Positions 36,809 to 50,850 of a DNA stretch of 64,000 nt are shown here, one piece after another. The stretch comes from Malacoraja senta. Its lineage: Eukaryota. How positions within the stretch are numbered: position 1 is the stretch's first letter; every line of letters starts with the position of its first letter. The stretch lies in assembly GCA_038087875.1 (NCBI GenBank), contig CM075996.1:4032001-4096000 (forward strand), in the 5' to 3' direction. A model generated the notes under the pieces. The model did not search any database and was not told the DNA's origin. It worked only from the letters and a program-made list of their open reading frames with translations. Position numbers and translations under genes: made by a program.

Positions 36809-37280
36809 CTGAAGAATCATTTAAGTTACATCTGTCCACTTCTCTCTCAGTTTCCGAAGCTGTTCTCTCATCGCTCTCTGTCACCCCGGAGTCACCTTCT
36901 GCCTCTGCTCTCAGTTCCATTGGGCTCTGACTGTCAGCGGGCAGGCCCTCCTTGCCGTAAATTGACGGGTAGCTCTTGGAGAAGGAGTCCTCAGCGCTGC
37001 ACGTGTCCTCCTTTGCCGCTTTCCCACCGCCCCGCTCCAGCACGGTGCTGCTGGTGTAGGCGGAGGTCTTGTGGAAAACGGCAATATCGTCCAGGTAGTG
37101 CTTGGTGGCGTCCGAGAGGGTCCCCGTCCCGTGGACAGCGTAGGCGAGGTTAGACTGCAGCTTGGGCCGGTAAGCAGTGAGGAGGACGACATCGTTGCCC
37201 GTTTGCTTACGGTACTTGTCCGCCATGCAGACTAGAGAGTCCCAGCTCTCTTGGTGGTTATCAAGCATGTCAGTCATCAT
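36809..37280 (-). CDS. AKT1S1: AKT1S1 first coding exon MMTDMLDNHQESW...DVVLLTAYR...YLDDIAVFHK...NDSS
   Basis: Acceptor at 37295 (ctacag|), ATG at 37280, donor G|gtaaag; 472 nt phase 1; PRAS40 N-terminal LLTA / YxxHG / DIA..H pattern. Confidence 0.9.
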
Positions 37281-37801
37281 CTTAGGTGTAGTTTCCTGTA
37301 GGATAGCAGAAACAGTTCATACGTTTAGTAGGGTTAGCAGTACACATTGCGACAACGTTGACGAGGTCTTAGCTAGAGCATCTTGTTTGTTTAATTGTGG
37401 CCAACACACTTAAGGGTGGCATTTGAGGCTGCAATAGCAATTTGGTCCCTTGCCCTTTTATGATTATGGAGGGAAAAAGGGTTAGTGGCCCCATTCCCCA
37501 AAACGAATAAAGATGGTCAAAAGCATTTGACAACACAACTTAGGAGGAAATAAGGAAAAACTACTTCTAGTGGTATACAGTTAACAGGACAGGCCTCAAC
37601 AGCAAGAAATAACACTTTTACAGAGCAAGTTATTACAATTTACCCCAAAATAGATGGCTCTAACTTTTTCAAGGAAACTGTCTTATTTTACGATGGGGAA
37701 AGATAGCGCGTTATTCAAGGAACCCGCATAGACAAAATGCGCTGAATCCTCTTTCTGTTTTGCTATTTTCTATAACACTTGGCCAATTGTAGTGGGTTAC
37801 C

Positions 37802-38015
37802 GTGTTTAAGAAGGAACTGCAGGTGCTGGAAAATCAAAGGTAGATAAAAGTGCTGGAGAAACTCAGCGGGTGCATCAGCATCTATGGAGCGAAGGAAATA
37901 GGCAACGTTTCGGGCCGAAAGTCTGAAGAAGGGTTTCAGCCCGAAACGTTGCCTATTTCCTTCGCTCCATAGATGCTGCTGCACCAGCCGAGTTTCTCCA
38001 GCACTTTTGTCTACC
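37802..38015 (-). mobile_element. Fold-back PLE terminal-repeat insertion with 14-bp TSD
   Basis: TGTAG(T/C)GGGTTACC at 37788-37801 and 38016-38029; long inverted arms. Confidence 0.85.
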
Positions 38016-40149
38016 TGTAGCGGGTTACCAACAGGTTGCCAGCAGCATTCAGCTAGTGACCATTCAAGGTGTGCAAATATTCATGTTATTTGTGGGGCAG
38101 TGCGTTGTGCCTTGGTTGATTCTGAATTGTTGGCTTAAGACCCAATCCAGAGAATTGAACACCAGCTCCGGACCAACACTGCAGTTTAACAGAGGGAGAG
38201 CTGCTGCATCAAGGGAGTGAAAAGACTGTGGTTGCGTATTTCAGGTTGTTTAGTTTATTGTCATGCCTACCGAGGTACAGTGAAAAGCTTTTTGTTCCGT
38301 ACTACCGAGTCAGCATAAATACTGTGCAAAATGACAACTGAGCCGTCCAGTGTACAGATACAGGATATAAGGAAATAACACACAGTGTAAGATAAAGTCC
38401 AGTAAAGTCTGATTAAAGATAGTCCGAGGGTACACAATAAGGTAGACAGGACTGCTCGCCAGTTGTTGATACGATGGCTCAATTGCCCAATGACAGCTGG
38501 GACCTTTCCAAAGGAGAATCAGTATGAAGGATCCAGTCTCAAAATGTCAAATGCCCATTCCCTTCACAGATGCTGCCTAACCTGCTGAGTTCCTCCAGAA
38601 CTTTGTGTATGGCTATCAAATTACTTGTCATAAATGACAGCTACAAGAACAAAATTATAAAAGCACAGAAGAGCATGATACAGCACCAGTGGTCATCATG
38701 CATGTCGTTTAAGAGCTACCCTGTTAGTCCCATTTTCAGTTCATGCCCCATACCTCAATTTCACATGTCAATTGTTGATTCAATTCTGCTTGTACATCCA
38801 TATTGTATCTGTTTGAACCTCCCCTTCACTTGAGCATTTGTGCTGAGTTTACAAAAAAGTGGGCAACAAAATACTTCTACAATGCAGGGGTGTTTACATT
38901 TTTTTTTAAATTTTAAATAAAGGATAAAAACAACAGAAGTAATCATCATTGCCACCTCCCAGCAAGAGATTCTGTTGGTGCACCCAACGTCAGAGATCAG
39001 GAATGGACCACTCTATTGCCATGGTCGGCGTAGGAAGCTTCATGTTGATGTGTGGACATACTAGGGAGGGGGCTGAAGCATTAAAAGGTTAGTGCCACAT
39101 TAGGCCCAAAAGCAGTCACCTGGCCTATAAGTAGCACAACCTTTCATGGCATTTTGTTTGGTATGCCAGAAGACACCATCAACCGAGTGAAATAAGCAGA
39201 AACTGAACTAAATTTCAAGCAGCATTTTTGTAAAATAAAAAAAATAAAAAATTGATTTGCCATTTATTGATTTGTTGGCCTTTGCAAAAAGTTTACATCG
39301 AAAGGAAATCAGAGCAAACAAATTAATCCATTTATTGCTGTGTCCATATTTAGAAATGATGAAAGGTCATTTGTAAACAGCCAAGCTGTAATTCCATGCT
39401 CCCACCAGGGGCATTAAATCACTGGGCAGATCACAACTCCACTCTCGTTATTTGATCCACATGTCCCAAGCCAAACAAACACTGCCATGATACATTGCTC
39501 CCTCCAGAGTCAAAACCAGGCACAATCTTCACTGAGGAGTATATTTTCAGCAAAGTACACAAGAGTTCTGTCTGGTTTCACGGTTGAATCTTTAGCAAGC
39601 AGCTAAACGTGGAGGGAAGCCAGCACACACAATTCACAGCAAGCAGGACGTCACCATATTTTCAGGTCAGTGGGGTTGGGTTACAGCAAAGGATCAGATG
39701 CAATAATTTGAATAGATCGCACTGGGCAGCCAAAAGCCTGGGAGATCAGTAACTGCTTTTTTTTCCTTATTTTATTTTCTGTCTTGCCAATTAGAAAATA
39801 GCACAAAAGCAGCAAGATGAGCAAGAAAGTGATAGAAACAAAAAATTCCACAGCATCTCTACCTCAGGACATCCTAAATCTCTTTAAAACTGAATAAGGA
39901 CCTGGTCTATATTCACTGCTGTAGGACAGGAAATACTGCAGCTAATTTGTGCACAGGAATATCACATTTCTGTTTGCAGGATCATGACCAGGTTTTTTTT
40001 TTAAATTGAAGTAGTCAACTATTAACTATTGGACAGAGCACTGGAGTGAACACCCCTGCTTCACGCAGAATCGACTGGTTTTTCATTACTCTCCTACCCC
40101 CTCACCTCAAAGAAGCAAGGCACAGGATCTTTATGTGGAGGAAACCAAC

Positions 40150-40860
40150 ATCAACAACCAACAAGAAGAAAGGAAGAGGAGGAGCCAGAGGGCTGAGGGA
40201 GAGCTGGGAAGGGGAGGAGACAGCAAGGGCTACCGGAAATTGGAGAAGTCAATGTTCATGCCGCTGGGGTGCAGACTGCCCAAGCGGAATACGAGGTGCT
40301 GCTCCTCCAATTTCCGGTGGTGCTCACTCTGGCCATGGAGGAGGCCCAGGACAGAGAGGTCGGATTCGGAATGGGAGGGGGAGTTGAAGTGCTGAGCCAC
40401 AGGGAGATCAGGTTGGTTAATGCGGACCGAGCGGAGGTGTTCGGCGAAACGATCACCAAGCCTACGCTTGGTCTCACCGATGTAGATCAGCTGACATCTA
40501 GAGCAGCTGATGCAATAGATGAGGTTGGAGGAGGTGCAGGTGAACCTCTGTCGCACCTGGAACGACTGCTTGGGTCCTTGAATGGAGTCGAGGGGGGAGG
40601 TAACGCGAAAAGTGTAGCATCTCCTGCGGTTTCAAGGGAAAGTACCCGGGGAGGGGGTGGTGCGGGTGGGAAGGGAAGAATTGACCAGGGAGTTATGGAG
40701 GGAGCGGTCTTTGCGGAAGGCAGACGGGGGGGGGGGGGGGGGAGAGATGGGAAGATGTGGCGAGTGGTGGGGTCACGTTGGAGGTGGCGAAAATGACGAA
40801 GGACTATTTGTTGTATGTGACGGCTAGTGGGGTGGAAGGTGAGGACTAGGGGGACTGCTT
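40150..40860 (-). mobile_element. Penelope-like element GIY-YIG endonuclease fragment
   Basis: NLIYCISCSRCQLIYIGETKRRLGDRFAEH...HF..H...LEEQHL...GMN; upstream PLVLTFHP linker in a shifted frame. Confidence 0.95.
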
Positions 40861-43800
40861 CTGAGCTTGTGCTACCACATGCTTCCCATGGTGTGGCAAC
40901 CACGACGTTCCAAATGCGATCCAACCAATGTTTTATACTGCTTCAGCATGACAGTGCAACTCCTACTCTCAATGTCTCAGCCTGTGAAGGCAAGCATACC
41001 AAAAGCCTTCTTCACCACCCTATCCCTGTGTCATCACTTTCTGGGAGCTTGACCCTGCATCCCCAAGGACTCTCTGTACATCAACACTCCCAAGGCCCCT
41101 GCTGTTTACCTTACGTCATATTAGAATGTGACTGCCAAGTATATTGCCCCACACTTGCCTGTATTAAATATAATCTGCCCTTATTCTGCCCAATATTGGT
41201 CATCTACATTCCCATCCAAGTGGTCCCAGCATCATTCCCCGTGGTACGCCGCTCGTTACAGATCTCCAGTCAGAAAGATACCCAGTGACCACTACACTCT
41301 GCCGCCCTTCATCAAGCCAATTTTGCAGCCATTTTGCAGCGTGCCTCAAATTCTTTGTGCCCGTCATAGAGGACTTGTGGAGTGCCTTACTGAAGCTCAT
41401 GCAAGGCATTTCTACAGTATTGTCTTGAATGTTAGTACCCTCAAGAACTATTGCAAGACATTTCCACCTCACAAAGTATTGCAAGTCCATGCCCACGCCA
41501 ACTCCACCCAGTCTGAACGGTTAGGGTTAATGTCGCCTATCCAAGTTCTCCAGAGATGCTACTTGACCCACTAGGTTTCTCAAGCACTTTGCATCTCTTT
41601 TTGTAAAGCAGCATCTGCAGTCCCTCATGTCCACCCAATCAATCCTGATTTGCAAGTAAACATACATCATATCCCTCAAAATTTATCAACAACTCCTCTA
41701 TCACTGATGCAACACTCTTTTATAAAGAAGGTGTCAAGTTTAATTGTTCTCTGGTTCAGGAAACTCCCAGAGTCCAAGGCCTCCGCAGCAAATAATGCTG
41801 GGTCTCATCAAGGAGCAGAATTAGTGTACCGATGCAAGGCGTTGCAAGTTTGAGAAAAATAGGAGCAAGAACATAAAGGGATGTGAAGATAGGAACGAGA
41901 CATCCAGATCTGATGAAGCGTCTCAGATCTGAAACAGGCCATCTGTTATTCCATAAATGCCATCAGACCTGCTGCGTTTGACTAGGCTTTTTTTGCATTT
42001 CAGATTACCAGAAATCAGTGATGTGTGTGACATTTTTATAACTGGAAGCCAATTCAAAAACAAGCCAAACAGAAGACGTGGGAACAAGACGTGGTGTAAA
42101 GAGCCAAGAAAAGGTTTGGTCAACTTTAGATTAGAATTTTAAAATACACACACACAAATACAATTATCATGCCACCCTGTCAGAATCTCTCTGGTGCTCT
42201 CCCAAAGGAGTCAGCAGTTCAACAAGAACTAGACTAGGCAGGCGACTGTTAAGGATGACGGAAGTGTGATATGACAGAAAATCCTATTTCTGTAAATGTG
42301 TGGCACTTATCACATTTCTGACCAGACTATTTTATAATCTCCTATTTGAATTAGGGATGCCATGTCTTATTAAAGCACTCCACAACTTTCTCATTCGTTT
42401 TCCAAACAGTGCTGAAAAACAATAAAGTGCCCAGACACAATTATCCAATGACATATTCTCACTCAAATCGGCAGAAACTCAAAATGAACAATTGCCAAGC
42501 TTCCATCATTAAACTACAATGCAAAGATACACGTTTGTGCACTGACCAACTGTCAGAAAACTGATTTTACGAGTGGCAATTTAAATGCTTGATTGTTAAA
42601 GAAGCAAACATATCATATTACCTCGCCCATATCATACTATTTCCAAAATAACATAACATGTACAATGTCTCCAATGTAGCAAGCTGCCCCGAATTGCATG
42701 GATGACAGCAATTCGGAGACGGTGACCCAGGATCCATTCAAGCCGAGGAAGAGGGAGTTGTGGTCGATTCTGCAACTGCTTAACCATACAGAGATAACTT
42801 CCAGTATCTCTGGCCTTTCAGCATCCTAGCCCATTCCTGTCTGGCACCGCTGGTGGGCAAAGAATATTTTGCTCTCCAAAATTTAAAATCGGCCTGGCTA
42901 CAGAGCTTTAAAGATCCACCCCGCCTCATCGCCCCAAAGAACACAGACGGTTTCAAATGCAGTATGTGGAATTGCTCAACCAGTACCTAACCACTAAGGT
43001 TAACCACTATCTATCTCATTAACAAAGCCAGTCTAAAATATACAAAGGGAACAAAAAGATCAATGACTTTTGGCTTGCTCACTGCTGAAATATTTCTTAA
43101 CCCAAGAACAGCAATTTGTGTTGGAAGGAACTGCAGATGCTGGTTTAAACCAAAGATAGACACAAAAAGCTGGAGTAACTCAACAGGTCAGACAGCATCT
43201 CTGGAGAGAAGGAATAGGTAATGTTTCGGGACAGAAAGAGGGTCGTCTTCTAGATTTATATAATCATACAGCAGAGAAGCAGACCACTCTACATGAGTTA
43301 TACTTGCATTTACCTTCCACATTTGTATACTCTCACTCTACTTCATCCAATGCCAGTAGTATAGGTATTCATAGAGCCCTCCACAAGAGGCTATCGACAC
43401 TGCAATAGTGACGGCATTAGTACCTTTACAGGTCAACCTACAGGTCAACCTTCACCCATTTCATGTATTTATGCGTCTGACCGCAAATGTTAAAAAGGTC
43501 TCTTTCGGATGCAAATGCCTGGGATCTAGTGGTGAAAACCACTTGCCTTAAGCAGCGAAGGAGACTTCTCAAGCCGCTTCTAAACCACCACTCTAATCAT
43601 AGAAGGCCGCTGCCAGGCCAACTGTACAGGCCCTTGCTTTGGGTTTTAACAAGGTTCAATCAATGCAGCATTCAGCTCACAGAAGGCCTGCTGTCAGCTC
43701 CTCTGTGGGGTCGTTGGTAACCCAGCACGCCCAGCTGGCCATCTTGGCATGGTTGCTTCCAACTGAATGTTTCTTTGCTCCAGTCGGCTACTCCGTCAGC

Positions 43801-44615
43801 CCAGAGGCTGGGTTCTGGGCTAGCCTGTTTGGCCAACTCGCCGTCCACCTACGCGACTTGACGAGCAGTTTCCAGCAGGGACCCATCGAGGAGGCACAGC
43901 GCACTGTGGGCTAGAATCCTTAGATACATCGCAGCTATGCATGGTCTATGGCCTCACTCTTTAAAGATAGTGTGGAAATAGGCCCTTCAGCCCACTGAGA
44001 CTATGCCGACCAGTGATCCCCGTACACTAGAACTAGGGACAGATCGTCATTTTACCAGAGTCAATTAACCTGCAAACCTGTACGTCTTTGTAGAGTGGGA
44101 GCACTCGGAGAAAACCCACATGGTTACAGGGAGAATGTACAAACTCTGTACAGACAACACTCCTAGTCAGGATCAAACCCGGGTCTCTGGTGCTCTGCGC
44201 CGTCACACATCAGAGTACAAGAGACACCAACGTGCATCAGACACCGAAGATAAACACAAATTGCTGGAGTAACTCAGCGGGTCAGGCGGTATCTCTTGAG
44301 AAAAGGAATAGGTGACGTTTCGGTCCAAGACCCTTCTTTAGACACCTTCGAGAGAGAACCGTAGGCTCAGCAGCAGCCCAATTGCTCATACTTTCACCAG
44401 CGTCCAGGCACAAGTTCTGCCTGTCAAACTTCACTGGTCCCAAATGTATGTTAACCAAGAGATAGCTTCTACAAAGAAAGAACCATGTACACTATCTGTA
44501 CCAGCACAGACAAAGGAGGCCCTCTTCAGGGGTGTACATTTGCACCAGACTGTACTTCACCCTGCCCATTGTGATTGAATGGGTCTAAAAATTCTTAGCA
44601 AAACATCAGCTACTG

Positions 44616-45855
44616 CAGTGCTCTCCATAATGTTTGGGACAAAGACTCGTCATTTATTTATTTGCCTCTGTGCTCCACAATTTGAAATTTGTAATCGAAA
44701 AAAAATCACATGTGCTTAAAGTGCACATTGTCAGATTTTATTAAAGGGTATTTTTATACATTTTGGTTTCATGTAGAAATTACAGCTGTGTTTATATATA
44801 GTCCCCCATTTCAGGGCACCATAATGTTTGGGACACATGGCTTCACAGGTGTTTGTAATTGCTCAGGTGTGTTTAAATGCCTCCTTAATGCAGGTATAAG
44901 AGAGCTCTCAGCTCCAGTTTATCAACATGAGGACCAAAGTTGTGCCAATGAAAGTCAAAGAAGCCATTATGAGACTGAGAAACAAGAATAAAACTTAGAC
45001 ATCAGTCAAACCTTAGGCTTATCAAAATCAACTGTTATGAACATCATTAAGAAGAAAGGTGCGGTGAGCTTACTAATCGCAAAGGGACTGGCAGGCCAAG
45101 GAAGACCTCCTCTACAATAAAGAAAAATCCTCAAACACCAGTCCGACAGATCAGAAACACTCTTCAGGAGTCAGGTGTGGATTTGTCAATGACCACTGTC
45201 CGCAGAAGACTTCATGAACAGAAATACAGAGGCTACACTGCAAGATGCAAACCACTGGTTAGCCGCAAAAATAGGATGGCCGGGTTACAGTTTGCCAAGA
45301 AGTACTTAAAAGAGCAATCACAGTTCTGGAAAAAGGTCTTGTGGACAGATGAGACGAAGATTAACATATCAGAGTGATGGCAAGAGCAAAGTATTGAGGA
45401 GAGAAGAAACTGGCCAAGATCCAAAGCAAACCAACTCATCTGTGAAACACAGTGGTGGGGGTGTTATGGCCTTGGCATGTATGGCTGCTGAAGGTACTGG
45501 CTCACTTATCTTCATTGATGATACAACTGCTGAAGGTAGTAGTATAATGAATTCGGAAGTGTATAGACACATCCTATCTGCTCAAGTTCAAACAAATGCC
45601 TCAAAACTCATTGGCCGGCAGTTCACTCTACAGCAAGACAATGATCCCAAACATACTTCTAAAGCAACCAAGGGTTTTTTCCCAAAGCTATAAAATGGTC
45701 AATTCTTGAGTGGCCAAGTCAATCACCTGATCTGAACCCAATTGAGCAAGCCTTTTTATATGCTGAAGAGAAAACTGAAGAGGACTAGCCCTCAAAACAA
45801 GCATAAGCTAAAGATGGCTGCAATACAGGCCTGGCAGAGCATCACCAGCGAAGAT
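44616..45855 (+). mobile_element. Decayed Tc1/mariner (IR/DR type) transposon, right end missing
   Basis: CAGTG start; direct repeat CCATAATGTTTGGGACA near 44625 and 44819; frameshifted transposase with VLWTDETKIN, QQDNDPKHT, WPSQSPDLNPIE. Confidence 0.92.
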
Positions 45856-48307
45856 TTTTTTAAATTACAAATCACAAATACAAGGGCACTGTATGTGAAA
45901 AATATTAGTACAACGAGTTAGACAAGAACTCCCTTTTAGCTGAGGTATTAATTCAAAATGCATCATACAAGTTTTAATTTCATATTGTGTCCTAAAGCAC
46001 ATCACACTAACTGAAGCATGCAGTCAGACAGATACAGCATTACAGGTCATTCAGCCCATTTATACTAATTCTACATTCAATATTTTATTCTTCCCATGCT
46101 CTCACTTTCCAAGATTCTAATACTCACCTACACACTTGGGAAAATTTACAGTGGCCAATTAACCTACCAACCCACGTCTTTGGGGTGTGGGATGAAATTA
46201 GAGGTCACAGAGTGAACCTACAAGTCACGATTAAACCCAGGACTCTAGCACTGCAAGGCAGCACGCTTACTAACCGTGCCACTGTGCTGTCCCAGTCACA
46301 GGGATATAAACTGTTTGGCTGCAGCAAATTCCCACAAACACTAATGCATGAAGGATTAGGTAACCCATGATGATATGTGAATGTTAAATAAAGGCAAGGC
46401 TAACTCCAATATGCCTTTCCAAAATGGCATCTTGGGATCTTTTGCCCACAGGATGGCAGACAAGAACAGGGAATCCCCAGGTTATGATAGAGTTCCCTTC
46501 CCGCACACGGTTCATAAAATGAGCTGTTCGCAAGTCAACGAACAAGGAGTACAGGAGTGGATCACAGAAACTGCTGCGATGGGAGAGCAAGCAGACACGG
46601 TAAGTGTAACCTCCAAGCAATCATGGACTAGCTGAGTGAGCGACTCTGCTCAGCTCCACCCAGTCCCCAACTATTGCAGCATTGGGGAGGGTGGGGGGAA
46701 GGGGGGGGTAGGTGGGAGCGGACGACAAAAAGGTTTGGGTGTAAAGGCAAACAAAAATGCTCCATACCCAAATGGCAGAAGATGCTTATGGCACACAGCA
46801 GCCAGAAAATCTATCCTGCAGTCTCCCAATTATTCTTTCATTTGAATTGGTGTCCACAAGTCAGGCATTTGTAACCCAGTGTGTAGGGAGAAACTGCAGA
46901 TGCTGGCTTAAACAGAAGATAGACACAAAATGAGTTTGAAGAAGGGTCTCGACCCAAAACATCACCCATTCCTTCTCTCCAGAGATTCTGCCTGTCCCAC
47001 GGAGTTACTCCAGCATTTTGTGTCCATCTTCGTAAACCAGTACTTGGTACAACTTGTCAAATGGAGACCTACAATAGTGCAGTAATATTTCCAAACTGAT
47101 GGGGTCAGACAACGTTGGGCTGAAGTCTCAGGATGAAGTTGCTAATTCAAGGCCTGAGGTGTCCTCTGAGCCCAGTTAAAACACAACCCAGATAACTTCA
47201 AAATTGTTCTTGGGTCTACCATTAAAAAATATTTTGTTGTACTGCAGATACGAGTACTCAGAAGAACCTACTCTCCGACACATCCTCAAACAAGTGATGT
47301 TACTTTCTCGTCATGTACCATGCAACAGTGACTCCATGAGTGGACCACAAGGCAAATGGGACACCATGAAAGGCACTATACAATGCAAATCTTGCATTCT
47401 GCACCACTTCCTTGGGCAAATAGTATCTTACTTTAACATATTATTCAAAACAAAGTACCATGACAATTAAGCGGTGCCTTAGATTAGCATAAATAACACA
47501 CTTGCCTCAGCTTAGTGAGCAAACCCACAATCTTGGCTCAGGCAAGTCTGTTACGCACCAAACCAACAGTTTACAAAAGACAGACACACACCACTCAGAT
47601 TTATTTGATGTTATTGTCTATTGTGCAAGTGGAAATAGCACAACCAGTCCAAAGTGTAAAGTTTCAACAGCACAAAAATGTGATTTGGTCCTAGCGAGTT
47701 CACCAGCCCAGTCAATCTCATTTTCTTGTAACAAAAAATATTGTCTGCTCATCCAATTTTTTTTTGGAAACAATGGACTGCAAGAGGAACCAGCAAGTCA
47801 GGTAAAATCTGCAATGGAAAAATAAACAAAATGCTGGAGTAATTCAGTGGATTAGGCAGCATACGTGGAGGGAATGTATAGCTGACATTTCAGGCCAGTG
47901 CCCTTCTTCAGACCAATTGTGGTAGGGGAAAAAGAAAGCTCACGAACTCTCCACATCTCAAATTACATTCATACATATTTTCCTGTACTCTTATAAACAT
48001 CCATAGCCTTCCTAAAGTGCAATAGCTCCAAGATTGCAGCCTCTACAGTTCCTTCTGAATCCAAGTGAAATAGGACAGGCAACATGCCAGTCCTGAAGAA
48101 GGGCCTCAACTCAAAACACCATCTGTCCATTTACCTCCACAGATGCTGCTAGACCCACCAAGTTCCTCCAGCAGTTTGTTCTAAGCTCAGCATTCCAGCA
48201 TCTGCATTGTCTTGTCTCTTTTCTGAAAGGCCTGGACAACTGCTTTTACTCATTACAGTCAGCAAGTTGCCACTATAAGCTTTTTTTTTATTTAATGCAA
48301 ATAAAAT

Positions 48308-48840
48308 GTCTCCAAATCTGAGGAAAGACATTCTTGCCATATAGAGGGAGTACAGAGAAGGTTCACCAGATTGATTCGTGGGAGGTCAGGACTTTCATAT
48401 GAAGAAAGACTGGATAGACTCGGCTTGTACTCGCTAGAATTTAGAAGATTGAGGGGGAATCTTATAGAAACTTACAAAATTCTTAAGGGGTTGGACAGGC
48501 TAGATGCAGGAAGATTGTTCCCGATGTTGGGGAAGTCCAGAACAAGGGTCACAGTTTAAGGATTAAGGGGAAATCCTTTAGGACCAAGATGAGAAAACAT
48601 TTTTCACAGAGAGTGGTGAATCTCTGGAACTCTCTGCCACAGAAGGTAGTTGAGGCCAGTTCATTGGCTATATATTAAGAGGGAGTTAGATGTGGCCCTT
48701 GTGGCTAAAGGGATCAGGGGGTTGGAGAGAAGGTAGGTACAGGATACTGAGTTGGATGATCAGCCATGATCATTATTGAATGGGGTGCGGCTCGAAGGGC
48801 CGATGGCCTACTCCTGCACCTATTTTCTATGTTTCTATGT
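48308..48840 (+). mobile_element. CR1 LINE 3' fragment
   Basis: GLSYEERLDRLGLYSLEFRRLRG...; many small indels. Confidence 0.9.
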
Positions 48841-50099
48841 CTTTACTGATGCATTTTGACATTAAATTTGAGCACCACTAATCCTTCAACCTTCTTCCTA
48901 TGGAAACAGCTTCCTTCTATTCACACTTTTTAAAATCATTTTTTGTACACACCAAATCTTTACTTTGTTGGCAACACATAGTCCAGGCCTTAAAATTGGA
49001 GGCAAAACCCTCAAATTACTCAAGTAAATATTTTCTGTACTCTCTCAAGAACATTCCTAAAGTGGAGCAACTAGAACTTGATGCAACATCAGACCAATGT
49101 TTCAACATAATTCGTTTATATACAATTTTGCTACTTTTTGGGGGGAGCTCTGGATTCCCAAACGTTTAACATAACACACTCTCAGCATGTCCTAGTAGAC
49201 ACCCGGGTCCTCAATTTGTCCCACTGAGTTACTCCAGCATTTTGTGTCTATCTTCAGTGTAAACCAGCATCTGCAGTTCCCTTCCTACACATTTAGAATT
49301 TCCAGTTTGGACCACATTAACATTTAAAGTGATACAGCATGGAAACAGGCCCTTCAGCCCAACTGACCCACTCCAGCCAACATGCCCCAACTACACCAGT
49401 CAAGCATCTGGTTCATATCCATCCAAACCTGTCCTATCCATGTACCTCCTGTTTCTTAAATGTAGGGAGAGTCCCAGCCTCAACTACCTCCTCTGGCCAC
49501 TTCTTCCATACACCCACCACCCTTTGTGTGAAAAAAGTTACTCCACAGGTTCCTATTCAATCTTCTCCCCTTTCTTCTTAAACCTATACCCTCTGGTCCT
49601 CGATTCACATACTCTGGGCAAGAGACTCAGTGCATCTACCCTAACTTTCCTCTTATGATTTTACACACCTCGTGAGGATTCGTGTGTTTTTTTCCCCCCT
49701 ACAAAATGAAATTTGATCACACAGAAAGTGCAAATATTCCACGAAATGCCTCAAATCTGCGAGGCTTGGCCCCACACAAGACGAGTACCCCACACAAGAC
49801 GAGTACCCCACACAAGACGAGGGGGGTAGCAGGTAATCCACAACTAACAGCCCTTGCACCAAAGGCAAAGCAAAAGAGTGGAGGGGAAAAGAGGGTGAAT
49901 AGCTCCACAGGCAACTGGGAGAGGGGCTAAGCAGGGACAGTAGAATAGGGCATGGAGGTTGCAAGGGGGGGGGACAGGGAGAGGGGGAGAGAGGGGTTCA
50001 TCCAAACCAGGATTATGCCTGGTTAGGGGCAGAATCAGAGCCTCTATAACTCCCTCACACACATTCACACTTCTTCTCACACTTCTTCTCCCACTCCCA

Positions 50100-50310
50100 C
50101 TCAGGCAAGCTCCTTACCTGCCGTTCCTCAAACCTTCCCACAGCCAAAACCTCCGAAGCGCAGCGTCGCCCTCTTTATATCATCACGCAACCGCCAATTA
50201 CCTCAGACGCTCATGACTTTCCACGCATTTTTCCTTTGCCCGGGTGCGAACTATCCTTCTCAACGGCCGAGGGAAACGCGCGAAAGCAACTATACATATT
50301 ATCATATTAT

Positions 50311-50345
<35 letters not shown>

Positions 50346-50850
50346 TGAATCAAAGTCTGAGGGGCACTCGCCCGGCCATTGCCCCGCACTAAACATGGCG
50401 TCGCGGGAAAAGAAAATGGAGATGTGTTTATCGGGTGGATAAATTTACTCATTCCGATTGCGTTTCCACGCCGTTTATCGTGTAGCTCGGCCCAAAATAT
50501 GAGGTGAACCCGAGTGGTTGTGTAAACGACAAGCGATCTGAGGGAGAAGAAAGGGTTTTATTTTCCCCCCCCCCCCCCCGCCCGCATGAAATGGCGGCCG
50601 GGCCTATTCCTTCAGGACTCCAGCAGGAAACAGCGCGGCTTTTTTGTTTTTTATTTTGTTCGGCCTCAGAAAGTGGAATCTTTTATATAATATACATATA
50701 TAACGTTGAGTGTCACAGCATGCAAACAAGGGGTTGTGTGTGTGTGTGTGTGACGGCCTCGTCTCCCCCAACATCTATTCCCCTCACAAAAATGGCGCCC
50801 GTGCGGGGCAAAGTTAAAGCAACATTTAAGAGGCCAGGTGAAAACGAACA
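50100..50850. promoter_or_regulatory. CpG-rich bidirectional promoter region for AKT1S1 (-) and TBC1D17 (+)
   Basis: Local CpG enrichment; YY1-type AANATGGCG at ~50392, 50588, 50789; E2F-type GCGCGAAA 50278-50285 and GCGGGAAA 50403-50410; CCAAT 50194; minus-strand donor CAG|GTAAG at 50118. Confidence 0.75.

Noticed and set aside
36665..37153. 162-aa plus-strand ORF
   Set aside because: Antisense shadow of the AKT1S1 first coding exon
44927..45855. Possible active or domesticated Tc1 transposase
   Set aside because: Multiple frameshifts and deletions; right inverted repeat absent
49770..49820. 18-bp unit CCCACACAAGACGAGTAC repeated about three times
   Set aside because: Simple local tandem duplication without spacers or coding support
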